DNA of 64,000 nt from Lingula anatina (Eukaryota; Animalia; Brachiopoda), in NCBI GenBank assembly GCA_051362555.1, contig CM120647.1, positions 4,836,001 to 4,900,000 of the forward strand. Direction: 5' to 3'. Below, piece after piece: positions 13,131-26,665 of this stretch; the stretch's first letter is position 1, and every line of letters begins with the position of its first letter. The notes below the pieces were generated by a model. The model ran no database searches. It was not told the origin of the DNA and saw nothing but the letters and a program-made list of their open reading frames with translations. Position numbers and translations under genes: made by a program.

Positions 13131-14448
13131 CAAGGATTACATATTGTAATTTACAAAGTGTCTGTTGCTAGGAATCTTCAACAGAATTATTTCCATTTCG
13201 ATGAAAATGTTCATCAAAGTTTCCGAAGTCAAAATTGTGTACTTGCCTTTAATTGTTTTGGTGCTAGTGCTAGACTTAAAATTGTACATTAAATAAAATG
13301 GAACAGCAAGTATATTTCAATTCAATAAAACATTTATTCTGCAGTTTGATGATTGCAACCATTGTTCATTGGAATACTGAAATGTGTCTTGCATAGTGTT
13401 TAGCACATAATTGAAGAAATTACATTTATATAAATAATTTTTTCTATCTAATATAGTTGGCACATAATGAAAGAGAAAATAACGTATAAAAATAACTATC
13501 CGTACTATTTAACTGAAAGTAACACAATTGTTTTAATCATTTGAAAATGAGCAATGTTACATTGAGACAGCTATAACATAATAAATTGCACTAGATACAT
13601 GTATAATGAGCGTCTAATATTGAGAATTCCAAGGTATGATAAAACACAATACTGACAGATCAAATAAAACAAACTAGACTGGTCATAGAACTAAAAAAAG
13701 ATATCATTACTATATTGACTAGTCTCAGTACAGTGGCAGATGATGACCATGTTTATACTTGTGTTTTCTTGGAGAACCCAGAGATAAATATATTAAATTC
13801 TACACTTCAAATAGGATATCAAAATCTACAATAACACAAGGAAATGACTTAATTTTCAGTCTACAATAAGCCTAAAAAAATACAAGAGATGTATTTACTC
13901 ACAACGCAATTACTGAGCAATGCAATCAAATATGATATGGATTCCAAATACAAGTACAATATTATATATGTGGAAATGCTAAAGTTAACATAGCTGTTCC
14001 TTTTGAATCTGAATAATAATTTTAAGAAATTAATATAATTTCTAGCTACCATAAAATATTAAATGTAAGAAAAAAAATAAATGAATAATAAGCACAAAAA
14101 ATTGAGCTTTGTCAGACTGAGTTTTAGAAAACTTTGGCACTTACTAAAAATGACCTTTAAATGAAATAAAAACACTCAAGAGAGTACAAGCTCCACAAAG
14201 AGTAATACTGGGTTAGTGAATTAATGGGTCTTTTTTATTTTTTCAATTTCTGACCTGCCCAAATATGAATGAAATATGCCCATTTCTGAACTATCCTATC
14301 AACATATTTACATAACATGTCAACTATTTCAGAATATCATCAAAATCTGTCCATTACTTTTTGCTTAATGCACAAAGACAAAAAGAAAAACACGAACAGA
14401 TACAAAAACGTGCCTCTGTTTTTGGAGGTTGTAACAATACGAATACAT

Positions 14449-16254
14449 TTACAAATGAAAAAAGTCCTGGTCTTGATTGGAGTTTGTTGGGGGGTACATA
14501 GAGAAAGGTGATTGCGTACTGGAACGATGTTGCTGAGGTTCACCTGATGCAGCTGGGGGTGGAGGAAAGCGAGCGTGACCAGGTTGGGAAGACATAGAGC
14601 TAAACATATTAGCAAACATTTGAGCCATCCTCAACTGGTGCTCTCTTTCCTCCCTCCTCATCTGCATTTCAAAATCTCTTTGTCTCTTTTCTCTCTCCTC
14701 CTCTTCTCTCAGCCTCTTGGTTTCAAACTCCAGGAATTGTCGCTCCTGTTGTTCGAATGTGTCCTTAAGTGGCTGAAGCATGCCTTCATATTCCTTCCTT
14801 TTCTTGTTTGCAGCTGCAAAAATATAAGACAAGGTGGGGATTTTTAGAACATTAAAAAAAATATTACCTTATTATCCAAGGTTTCATTTTAGTGTTGAAG
14901 TAGTGTCTAAAAATTTACAATTTAAAGTATCATTACTCCTTTAAATTGTTGCCAACACGTGGATAAATAATGAGAAGGACACTGCAGTTGGTTTTGTATT
15001 CCTTCGTTTTGATCCTAGCATGAATTGTCACTTGAAGCAAAACAATTTCACCCACTTCTCTATATTGGGAGAATAAAAGACTGCTTACTGTTCTTGATCG
15101 GTTTTTTCACTTGAGGCTTTTTGTCTTCATTTCTTGGCGTTTCCTCATCTGACAGACTCTCCTGACTCTGCTGGCTTTCCTGGCTGATGTCAGTTTCCTC
15201 GTCACTTTCCTTAGCTATAAAATAATTATTTCTTTAAAGAAGCTATTTGATCGTATTTCACTTTTTTAAACTAAACATTTTATTCTTTTTAATGAACAGT
15301 TAAACTTTAGGAAAAAATATTTATATATAAATAGTTCACAATAATAATAATAATAACAGGATTGCAATCAATAAGTGGAATTCAAGAGAACACTTACCAT
15401 GGCAGGACATGTCCAAGAGGACATGAGGCTCTGATGAAGCCCGGCATCCCAGGACCTCATCAAGAGCCTCAAAAAAAGGGAAGTCCTCTTCCCCCATGGC
15501 CCCAGCACCACTCTTCCTGAGTGTGTCTTTCTGCTTTCTATATCTTTGTTTAAGGTTTTTAATTTTAACTCTACAGCTATCGCCATCCTTGTTGATGTTG
15601 TGTTTCTGGAACTAAAAAGGAAAGGAGTACTTAATATTCAATAAATAAGCTTTATGCATATCCAATGTACTAGTAGGACTGCAAACTAACGTAGGTCTGT
15701 GCCCCCCCCCCCCCCCCCCCCCCCCAATCACTACATTTAGCAAGTTGAAGCTGAAAGTTTCTTGTTAAAGCATCGCTAAACCAAATTAATTACCATACTT
15801 AAACTAAAACTCATAAAAGATATAAATCATAATAAATGTACTAGCATAAGTGTACATAGCAGGGGCGGATCCAGAGTTATTTTTTGACAGTCTTGCCAGC
15901 TATTTTTGTTGATTCATCTTCCATTTTTGACCGTCTTCCGACAGAAAAAAATTAGATCCTGAAGACCCAAATTTACGATTCTGATATGTACTGTCCGTGC
16001 TATCGTCTATAGGAGTGCCAACGCATGAATTTTCGTGCTACCCCTGCACAGCCATGGCGCGCTAAAAATGCAAACATCAGCCACGCCTATAATCACGGGC
16101 TTGTTTTGTGTTCAGTACTTACGCTTTTCAGTTCTTGGGCAATGTCATCGTATACATGCTGATTCCTCTTCTTAGTTAGGTCTTTTTGATGCTTTTCCTG
16201 CTTCCATATGTCAATTAAACAAGAGATTTCCTTGTGGGTCCACTGAGCTGGCAT
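14449..16254 (-). CDS. Harbinger Myb/SANT-like DNA-binding protein, about 278 aa; exons 16254-16123, 15611-15398, 15214-15089, 14813-14449
   Basis: MPAQWTHKEISCLIDIW...CRVKIKNLKQRYRKQKD...FPFFEALDEVLG, acidic linker, E/R-rich coiled-coil C-terminus; splice phases consistent, no stops. Confidence 0.88.
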
Positions 16255-17922
16255 GTTCCTTTTCTTTCCCGCGAGATTTGCTGGTGCATGCGCAGTGCGA
16301 TCTATACAGGTGGCCCTTCCGGTAAAGTAACCGAATCGCTAGAGAAAATCCAGTTCGCTAGTAGGATTTTTAGAAACCGGTTTACAAAAATCCCCATGCG
16401 TTCAGACTACTGCAGTGATTCGAATCTCGACCTAATTCGCTATTTAACCGGTTAAATGACTGCAGTGTGAACGGGGTATTAGATGCGCAGTTTAGGCATT
16501 GCGCAGTAGTATTAAAGGAACTGTGAGATGAGTAGATTTTATTCAAAACTGTTCCAGCTTGCTGCGTCGGGCCCAGTAAATCGCAAATACGATTCAAAAG
16601 TATTTTAAATAATACTGAAGTTGGTAAGAAAAGTAATATATCAAAGAAGCTAGGTACAAAAGGAACCAGTTGTGATAAGTCGGCGAATAAAAGGGTATTG
16701 GTATTATTAATGATACATCAAGAATGCATAGAGCAGTGTTAAATGTATAAAACCAGTAATAAAGAAGAGATGGTGGTTGTGACAAGAAATTCTGGACATG
16801 TACACATTAAGTAATATATATATAATATTGCAACATGGAATGAAAAATGTTATTGAAATATATAAAAGGTGGTTAAAATTTAAAGTGTAAAAAAGGAAGA
16901 ACGAAAGAAAAGAAAATAGAATAACAGATGTGGTGGTAACAATAAGTCGGTAGATGGCTGTATTCGAAGAGTTTGTGAAGTACAGTTAATGCGTGGTATG
17001 TACGCATTCTCCTACGCAGACAAGCATGCAACAACTCATAGCAAGGGTTAACGAAATAAAAATGATTTGAATTCGATGCGGTGGTTGGTGTTTTCGTTGC
17101 GAGTTATTAGACAATAAATGATTTACTATATGCGATTGAGTGAAACGAATAAGAATATAATTTACGTTACATGTCTTGCATCACGACGACCAAACAACAA
17201 CGTTAAGTTAACGACCAAAATACAAATTAGAGTCAACGTCACATTATAACGGCATTTTGATGTGACTGGTTCTACATTGATGTGACGTTGGATTTAGGTA
17301 GATCAACGGCGATTCAACGTTCCAACCTGTTTTCAACGTTAATTCATTGTCACCATGCCTGCTGATTTTATTTTCGGGTTATTGCAGTTTATAATGTGAT
17401 TGGTGCGAACAAATTTGATCCTGGATAAAATGTGGCTAGATAAATACTACCTATAGATTGATTCACCAATAATGTGGATTGCCATGAAACAATATCTTTC
17501 TCAGATGAAGACAGTTTTATAACCTGTACTTGTAGGCAGTGAAGACGTATATATATAGACAAAGTTTGTGTGGTGTGTACGGGTGTTGCAGAGAGAGAGA
17601 GAGAGAGGCTGGGGTCTATGAGAGAGAGGGACACAGGGACGTGTTGACGTGTATCAGTAAACTATGCCCACGCACGTACAAATGTGTGATGCCAGCATAC
17701 TGTAAAATCTAAGCAATAGAAACCGTAAAATCTAAGCAATAAAAACAAAGTGTTCCATTTGAAATACATACGGTTGGTCATTGTATGGTTAACCCTTATC
17801 GTAGGTCCCATTTATCCACAGGTTGCTTTTATATATGATGATGGGACATTATGAAGGCAACTTTGATGATTCAGTCACCTTAGAGTAGCTGGCCACTCTG
17901 CTCATCATTTGAAAGAACGACA

Positions 17923-17967
17923 ATGTTGATAATGAAGGTCTTGCTGTGCGCAGTTGTGGTGTTTTAA
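17923..17967 (+). pseudogene. Truncated peptide gene copy B (promoter plus part of exon 1)
   Basis: Family promoter at 17640-17885, then MLIMKVLLCAVVVF*; donor site and exon 2 missing. Confidence 0.75.
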
Positions 17968-18018
17968 CATTAAAATTTCTTTTTATTAACTGCCTATTAA
18001 CTGAACATTTCAAACTTA

Positions 18019-18063
18019 ATGTTTAGGATGGATATTTTGTTGTGTGCAGTTGCGGTGACCTGA
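18019..18063 (+). pseudogene. Orphan exon-1 relic of the peptide family
   Basis: Reads MFRMDILLCAVAVT*, homologous to the family signal peptide; paralogous to 9463-9580. Confidence 0.6.
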
Positions 18064-18196
18064 TTGCAATATAAAGCTAGCTTGCTCGATATAACTGTTC
18101 AAGATATGGTAGCTTTACAGTGCCCCTGAGGAACAGCGGCTTTCTTGAGTAACTGCTCCGCAGTGAATCTGCAGTTAAATGCAACAAATAAGTGGA

Positions 18197-18267
18197 TAGC
18201 AGAGCAAGGTTTCAATCCTAAAACCTCGAAGTTATGGGCCCGCACGCTTCCACTGTGCCTCTCTGCT
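18197..18267 (-). pseudogene. Degenerate initiator tRNA-Met(CAT) copy 3
   Basis: Closely similar to 5129-5202 including about 200 bp of flank; CAT anticodon kept, anticodon stem mismatched. Confidence 0.72.
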
Positions 18268-19047
18268 TCTGATAATCCTAGCATTCTCTTTTATTAATAA
18301 GTAATCTGCATGCATCGGTACAATGTCTTATTTCCTGGTAATTGTAGTATAAATGCGAATAAATGTGATCGTGGGCATAAAGTGACAGTGAAAGTACTGC
18401 CCTTAGGTTGATTCACAAATAAATATTCTCTTCATTTTCTTTTCAAAAATAAACATCCTATCGAAGCTAAATAGTTTATATCCTGGGGCATACCCTGCCC
18501 ATAATTCAACACATTTATCTACCAAAAACCTACATAAACTCAGGGCAGATAACTATTTCAATTTACCATGAAACAAGATTTTTGTCAGATAAAAACACTG
18601 TTTTAGTACATGTACGTGTACGCGATAAAGACATATAGATACACTTTGTTTGGTATGTATGGATATTGCAGAGAGAGAGAGGAGGGGGGGGGGGATAGAG
18701 ACAGAAAGACAAAACAGAGGGAGATGCATAGAGAGAGAGAGAGAGATTGGGGTCTATGAGAGAGAGAGAGAGAGAGAGAGAGAAAGGCAGACAGAGAGGA
18801 ACACAGAGAGAGGGGGTTGACGTGTATCAGTAAAATAACTCCACTTACACATACACGTATAATACCAGCATTTCATAAAATCGCAGTAATAGAAACAAAC
18901 TGTTCCATTTGAAATGTATATGGTATTGCATGACAAATCCTTATCGAAGGTCGCATGACAACTTATTCAGGTTGCTTTTATATATCACCCCTTTGATGAT
19001 TCTGTCACTTTAGAGTAGCTGGCCACTCATCATTTGAAAGCACGACA

Positions 19048-19677
19048 ATGTTCAGAATGAAGGTCTTGCTGTGTGCAGTTGTGGTGATGGTTTCTCTTAA
19101 TGCCGATGGTGAGTGAACAATATTAATTTTTACACCTGGAGATTGAGCGTGTCGTTCATTTTGCATTTCACATTGTTGCCAAATAAGCACGTGCAAACGT
19201 TAACACTTCTTTTGAGACTTTTTTTTTGTTTCTTATCCATATACATACAACCACTTGTTTTGATTCGATAACGATGAGAAAATATAAATATATTGATTAT
19301 TTACTAAGCTATACTAAATAACAATAGTCAAACACAGTATTTCAACATATCATCATCATCACATGTGGATCTAAGCAAATGATAGTTATGATAAATATGC
19401 AATCTGAAATCAAAAATCTTCTATAATGAGATAATAATTTTATATATTTTTACGTTTTAAAAGTTAAACATTAGTTATAAATGTAAAGGATCCTGCGTAC
19501 TGAATTGAATCGCAGTGAATATTTACGGAGTTATAACATTCTTCGACGTATATATATATATTTTTTCTTTTTGCTTTCGAACAGCACGCCGAAAGAAAAT
19601 TAATGCTATCTCGATTTCCATCGAAGAACTAAATTAATGATTCGCGCACATAGTCAAGTTATGCACAATCGGTAGAT

Positions 19678-19739
<62 letters not shown>

Positions 19740-19938
19740 CTATGTATGTATATATACTTTCGTCCTTTTTTATTTTTAAGGGGCGCTGTCTCCATCAATT
19801 AAAGTCTCTGAAAGAAGGATCCCCTGTACAGTTAACGCAGACTGTTCGTGTTTGTTTCCACCTTGGATGACGTATGGGTGCATTCCATATTGTCACCAAC
19901 CCACTTCGACATGTTTTATATTTATATACGTACGTTGA
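19048..19938 (+). CDS. Secreted 6-Cys peptide precursor, copy C (72 aa; exons 19048-19108, 19781-19938)
   Basis: MFRMKVLLCAVVVMVSLNADG-ALSPSIKVSERR-IPCTVNADCSCLFPPWMTYGCIPYCHQPTSTCFIFIYVR*; same phase-1 intron, promoter and 3' flank as copy A. Confidence 0.85.
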
Positions 19939-20209
19939 CAGTATGACTGGATGATTTTTAAAAGTGCATTGATTATTACTTTGAAACACGTATATGTCAT
20001 TGCTCCTATTTTCACAGAAATGTTTATGAGACCTTAATTTACCCAAAGGAAACAAATCGTTTTTTTTCCATCATGATTTTCAGCTGAACCAAAGTCTACA
20101 CGTTGTGCATAGTTTAACAACACTTTGAAAAAATAAGTTTTCAGAAGAATGAGTATAAATTAAATTACGAGTTATGAGATGATGATATGCCTTTATAGTT
20201 TTGTATGTT

Positions 20210-20288
<79 letters not shown>

Positions 20289-21451
20289 AAGAGAGTGGAT
20301 GAGGTACCAATAGAAAGAGGGACGCGTCAATCAATGACATATATGTACTAGTCTGTTTCTGTTAAGCTTCACGTACATAACACCAGCATTTCACTGAAAA
20401 AGAGTATAATCAAAACTACATACAAACGTTTTCCTTTGAAATCTAGTGTAGCATTGTGTAATATATAACTTAATGCCACACTACATTTCAATGGAATAAT
20501 TTTTCATCTTTTTTTCTTCGAATTATGCACGCCAGTTTGTAATAGGAGAGCTGTGTGTTTAAACAGAGAGAAACACAGTATTTCATGTGACTCATATAGT
20601 AGCATATGAATGAACGGGCGGGAAGAAGTGTTAAATAACTGCTCAACCTACTTTCCACGTGACTGCCCTGATTTAACAAGTCAATGCAGCAGACGATACC
20701 CTGAGAAGAAAAAAAAAAAATAGCACATAAGAGAGATAAAAAAACAGAAGAAAGTACGAGACAAAACTTACATAAGTGCTAGTAGAATAACAATAGAGAG
20801 GACAATGGCATGGCAACAGAGGTAAATTAGATATTTTACGGAAACCTTGCACTGAGACAACGTCGAATGATGTAATGGCCACACTGGTTAGGAAACCCTG
20901 ATAGTATTAGTAGTTAAAGGGTTTGTATGCCCCGAAAACATTTCGTATAATGTCTGTCATTTTAAAGGATATCTGCGTTGCCATCATCATCATCATCATC
21001 ATCTATTCAAACTGAATACATGTCGTTTAGCTGCGTGATATCACAGGAATTATATATAAAATCATGAATTTTTGGCCCTACTGGCACAATAGTATGAAGC
21101 AACAAACTTACCTAGAGGTTTGCGGGACAATTGAAACCTGGTCCTCGAGCGGATAGCTACCTGAATGCACTGTCACGTTATCATCCATCGTGTCTCTGAC
21201 ATTCTTTGCTATGTTCTATGGGTCTTTCTACATTACATTGTAGGCAAAATGCTAGATTTATATAGTTTTTCTTCCGTGAAAACAGCCCCATGCTCCTTTA
21301 TGTATATGCAGTGGTGAAAACCAAAGTGCACTCAACAATATAGTTTCACGTGTTTCTCTTTACATTCAATACATTTTTTCTGTGCTGGCACACAAATAAA
21401 CATGATTTTCTACAATAAAATGAAATAAAACAGCAAGAGAATGAGCAAAAA

Positions 21452-21555
<104 letters not shown>

Positions 21556-21679
21556 TTTATTATGGACTGATGTACTAGTCCAATTACAAATATAATACTA
21601 GACAAGGACTCCGAAAGCGGAACGTCCGCTGAGGCAGCAATTTATCATTATTATTGATTATTAATTGATTCTTGATACA

Positions 21680-21833
21680 GATTACCACCAAAAACTGTTT
21701 ATTGGGCCCCTTCTGACAGTTCCTGAAAATTTCATCAAAATCGATCCAAACATTTTAGTTATGTTTATGACAGACAGACAGACAGAGAAACAAACAAACA
21801 GGGGTGAAACATGTTCTCCTTGGCGGAGGTAAT
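21680..21833 (-). repeat. Short interspersed repeat, Helitron/Helentron-associated type (similar element at about 37550-37770)
   Basis: Minus-strand start ATTACCTCCGCCAAGGAG followed by GTTT/GTCT microsatellite, a layout typical of DINE/HINE-like elements; classification from memory. Confidence 0.45.
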
Positions 21834-23278
21834 TATGAATGGATGGTAAGATACATATTGTTGTGTTTACAAATGTGTCATAAATACTCAAATCAGTCTG
21901 TCCGCAGATCTTGCATATCAATGCGTAAGCGGTGATCATTACAAAAACACCTACGCGCTTGCACAAAATAGTCCGCGACGTGTGTTTCGCGCCATGTTTT
22001 TCAAAATCCGAAGTTGTTATATAAATCCATGAAGCTCTGAGAATAACTCATTATTCAGCTTGAAACTTTCAAAAAATAAAATTTAGAACTTGATGTAAAC
22101 GCACAATGTAAAATGAACATTTCAATTTCCACGAAAGCCTTGTATCAGTTGTCTAAAAATAGCACACGCATTTTTCTCAAGCAGATCGTGTAATTTTGTA
22201 CCCTAAAATGAAATGATTGTAGAAAAAATGGACAAACTTACTTTTTTGATATTATAACGATTTATGCAACTATATGTGCTGGAATTGAGCCAAAAAGAAT
22301 AAAAATTTTGTACAACCGTCCTTTTTAGTGAAATCCCTATTTTAGTGCGAAGTATGTAGGTCAGTCGAAACTGGGACTGTCACGTTGCACTGAGGAAGTG
22401 ACGTGAAAGAGATTTTCTCGGCAAATCTTGCATTTCAGTTAAAGAAAATTAAATGTTCAGCTTTTCAAGTGTAAATTTATAGTATACTGTCATAGTGAGA
22501 GTTGTTATGGAAAATAATACGTGAATAAAACGCCATCGGTGCTGCAGATCTGCCATAACATGGTTTTAGAATGGAAAAAACCTGACGTTTGCCTTTCAAG
22601 TTACAAAGCTTTGGGTTTGCAGACTAAAAGGTGAGTCTTTTTTGCATTCACTATGTTTCATATAAGTGCCGAAATTTATAGAAATGATTTTGGAGTAACC
22701 TCCCTTCGCATAGTTTAGATGCACTTGTTGACGTTCAGTACCAGTGAAATGTTATATTTTGTTGCAAAGTTATAGTTGTACTTTGTTATAATGTGTAGGC
22801 CTACTAGCATACCTTTATCCGTTCTATTTCCTTTATAGAGTTGGAATCTAGACATTTTCGAAATAGGGAGTGTGTCTATAAACTAGCACATTGCGCAATC
22901 AGCATTATAGGTGTACTAATGGTCTTTCTTGGGCAGGTTTCAAAGTTGTTTTACATTAAGTTTTAATATTGTGATTTTTAAAACAATTTTCTCAATTTAT
23001 CTGAAATTGTTGGTAGTAAAAAAATCTTCAAATTTAACAAGTTAAAAAATCGTTTGTCAAGGCAGAGCCACACTTAATGATCAATATATGCACACTTTTA
23101 ATTTATGACCTATGCATTGTGCTTTTTCAGTTTTAGTGAAATGTTGACAGCATACCTATCCCTGCCCAAGAAGTTATAAGTTATAACTTCTTGCCCTGCC
23201 TAAGCTATAGCATGAGAATGGACTTGATGGCATGAAATGATGAAAAGATACCAGTTAGACAAAGCAGAAAGTAATTAA

Positions 23279-23335
<57 letters not shown>

Positions 23336-23589
23336 CCAATACTTCTGTATTTTTTATAACTGGCCTATTACTAGTAGTAGGACAAAGGAATTATTACTAT
23401 ATAGTATGGTAAGAAATTACTTTGATAAACAACTGGTGTGAGACTGACAATGAGGTGAGTTTTTTTTAATCTATAGATTTTTCATTAAATTTCAGTTTTT
23501 ATCTGCTTTGTATAAATTTCTTGTTTCTACATGTATGATTTTATCATTTCATTATATTTATTTTTAACACATTCCCGAATTTCATATCA

Positions 23590-24230
23590 GCTGACAATAA
23601 GGGAAGAGGTGTTCTGGTCAAGACCAGGGAGAAATATTTACCATACGATTTTGTTTGATGGTGCTGTTGATGCAGGTGTGACTGAACAAGAGATGATGTT
23701 TTGTAGAGTCTTGGATATTGTTTTCCCTAGAAACCTTTCTCATAGCAGACAAGTTCTGGAACATTATTTTCTTCAAGTATTATACAGGATGGGCTTTGAC
23801 CCAAAAGACTTCCATTGAGAGTGGCCTGTCTTTAAAGAGCACATAGGTTGCTTGTTTATAGTGAATAAAAGTAAAGATATGTGTACTGATTTGTTTCAAG
23901 GCTGGGAGACCACACAAAGATTAGAATACATACAATATAATGCTAATTGAAATTGCCTTGTTCAGCCTGTCCACTTCTCAGGTGAAGAGAGGATACAGTG
24001 CTCTCAAAAGAATGGAATCTGACTGGAGGTCAAGTTTTGGGAATATTATGCTTAAGTTAATAAAATTTTGACAGCAGTTTTATAGGGACCACGTTTTGAT
24101 GATCATTTCGTCAAGGAATCTATCAACTAAGTGGCAGGGTGGCACTCTTGGAAAACGCTCCAATTTTGAACTTGAAAATTGATTTTGTTTTCTGATTGTC
24201 ATATCCAGGTAAATGACCTGGCCATTGAAG
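23590..24230 (+). mobile_element. Decayed hAT (ZNF862-like) transposase fragment
   Basis: ILFDGAVDAGVTEQEMMFCRV resembles the first catalytic-Asp region (D-G-S-T-D...E-Q...V-R) of hAT transposases; surrounding sequence is disrupted. Confidence 0.5.
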
Positions 24231-25191
24231 ATTCTAAGGAAATAAAAAAAAAATTGAAACATACTTGTATACTGAAGTTTTTTTTTTTTATATTTTTAAT
24301 GCACTTAACTTTGATATGTATTTAATTACAAATTATATTCAAGAATTTTCAGCTGGGGATGATCTTAATTATATGTCAGTTTTGGCTAAAGTAATATTCA
24401 TAAATTGCTGGGGCAGGTGTTTCTCCTGCCCTCAGAATAGACAGATCAAGTTTGCCAACGAGTTTATTGGAGCCTAGTTAACTGTTTTAATTTAAAAGGC
24501 AAAAGGTTTCAAAAAACTTTCAAAAAGTTCAGTGCATATTCATGAGGTTGAATGAACATTTCCCAGGGACAGTGCTTTAAGGACATGAGTTTTAAATGTT
24601 TACTTAGTTTTGTTTATCACACAGATTTCAAAATTTTGCACTTTTAAAAAGAGAAAGGTAAAATTTAAATAGATTAGGGATATTTTTTTCAAATTACAAT
24701 TGGAAGTGTCTTATTTTGAATAGTTAAATATGTAAGAGACAAAAATAGTACTAGCACATAGAAATAAATCTTGAGCAGTAAAATAAGAGCGAGGCAGAAG
24801 TGCAGATCTTAATATAATGATTAAACCGGTGTTGAATGATTTTTTTATCAAAATTCTTTCAGGCTTTAAAAAGTACAACCTGATCATAGGCCAGTACCTC
24901 TTTGTAAATATTTATTCAATTAAAAAAATCTTGTTTTATTCATAACTAGATCTAGCAATAGCAATATCTTTCGGTCAAAATTCACTGGATTTCGTGTGGA
25001 GTGGATCATAACTATACAATTTTTGATGTTTTAAGAATGAAGCATAACTCTTGGAATATTTCTGATGTAAGATGCACAGCTCTTGTTCGTATTTTAATTT
25101 TATTGTAACTTGTTTGCTCTGATATTCAGAATATTTAAGAAAACTTGGTAGTCTTGCCAAGTCGGGTCAGTGCTTCAGGTTGGTCACGTGA

Positions 25192-26622
25192 CCCCAGATA
25201 GCAAGATGACGTTGGGCCAACGTCGGCACCGTTGGCACTTGGTCGGCATTGGCATGCCGCCATCGGGCCAACGTTGGGCCAACGTTGGCACTGTTGACGT
25301 TGGCCTGCCGTCGTTGGGCCAACGTCGGGCCAACGTCCTTTTTTTTGACGTTGATCCGATGTAGGGCCAACGTTGGGCCAATGTAGGACCAACATCATTT
25401 TTTGTCGTTGATCCAATGTAGGGCCAACGTCATTTTTTAAGCATTAAACTTATGTTGGACCAGTCTTTTTTAATTTCATGTCAAACCGCCATCAAGCCAA
25501 TATATGATGTCATTTTTTTATTTTATTTATTTTTATTATTTTTTATTTTTATTTTTTATTTATTTTTTTATTGACCAGTGAGCTGAATGCATTGAACTAA
25601 CATCATTTGATCAATTTTGATTTAATTTATCTCAATCTCTTTCTCTCTTTTTTTCAAAGTCCCCTCATTAATCCACTATTTGTTAAATTTGACTTGACAT
25701 TTGAATGAACTGTTAATTTGTTAGAGCTACTCGTTCCGCTTTTTTTTAAATTCCGCCTTTTAAGATAAGCCGGTCAAGGACCCGGATGTAGCGTTTCTTA
25801 GAGTTATGGATATGAAAAAAGCACAAGCGTATCAAATCGATACAATTCGTCGAGTGATTTGATTCGTGATGCGATTTAATTCGAAGACATCAACACTGGC
25901 GACGAGGATTAACTCTAGTGCAAAACTGTGAGCCAACTTTCTTTGAGAAAATGGAGGAAAAATGTGAAATTACGAAATTCGAACCGTACAGAAGTCCGGA
26001 GCGGGAGACATTAGGGCCACGCTGGACGCGCTGGCTTTACAGTTTTAAAGTCTTCGCTGACGGAAAAGGATTGATCGTTTCAGAACCAACAGACGGAATG
26101 AATATAATGAACAAAGACAGAAAATTAAAAATACATGTCAGAGGAGACGCGCGCTTATGTTGCATTCAGCAGGGACAGGTGTACAAGATATTTTCAGGAC
26201 TCTCTCAAACACTGTTACACAGGTGAGAAACATGAATAACACTTTAAATGAAAGTGGAACACCAGAAACTGTGAGTATGGTGAAACCGAAGTCATTTAAC
26301 AAACCAACTCAGTCTAAACACCACGAGTTCAGACATGAAAAACGAAGTAGAAACCCCCCGACTGAGAAAACATGGAACGTTGGATCACTTTGCAAAAGTC
26401 TGCAAAACTGAAACTATTGTTCATGTAAATGACAGTTATGAACATGATAATCCAGGAGTGCATATACATTTGGTGTGGGAACCAATGCAATATACACAGA
26501 CATGCCAAATATGGTGGAAATAGAGATAGGCGGCGTTGATCTCAGTGTATTACGAGATTCAGGTGCATATTGTAATATCATTGATGAAAATACATGGGGA
26601 ATGCTGAAATCCAAAAAAAAAA

Positions 26623-26665
<43 letters not shown>

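Larger units (their letters stand above)
10789..16478. mobile_element. Full-length PIF/Harbinger DNA transposon (about 5.7 kb)
   Basis: TIRs TACTCCGTTCACACTACAAT ... ACTGCAGTGTGAACGGGGTA; TTA TSD at 10786-10788 and 16479-16481; convergent transposase and Myb/SANT genes. Confidence 0.93.

Noticed and set aside
25200-25430. Regular CGTTGGGCCAACG repeats resembling a CRISPR-like array (also 28200-28500)
   Set aside because: No unique spacers of constant length and a eukaryotic context; they are subterminal repeats inside a TIR element.
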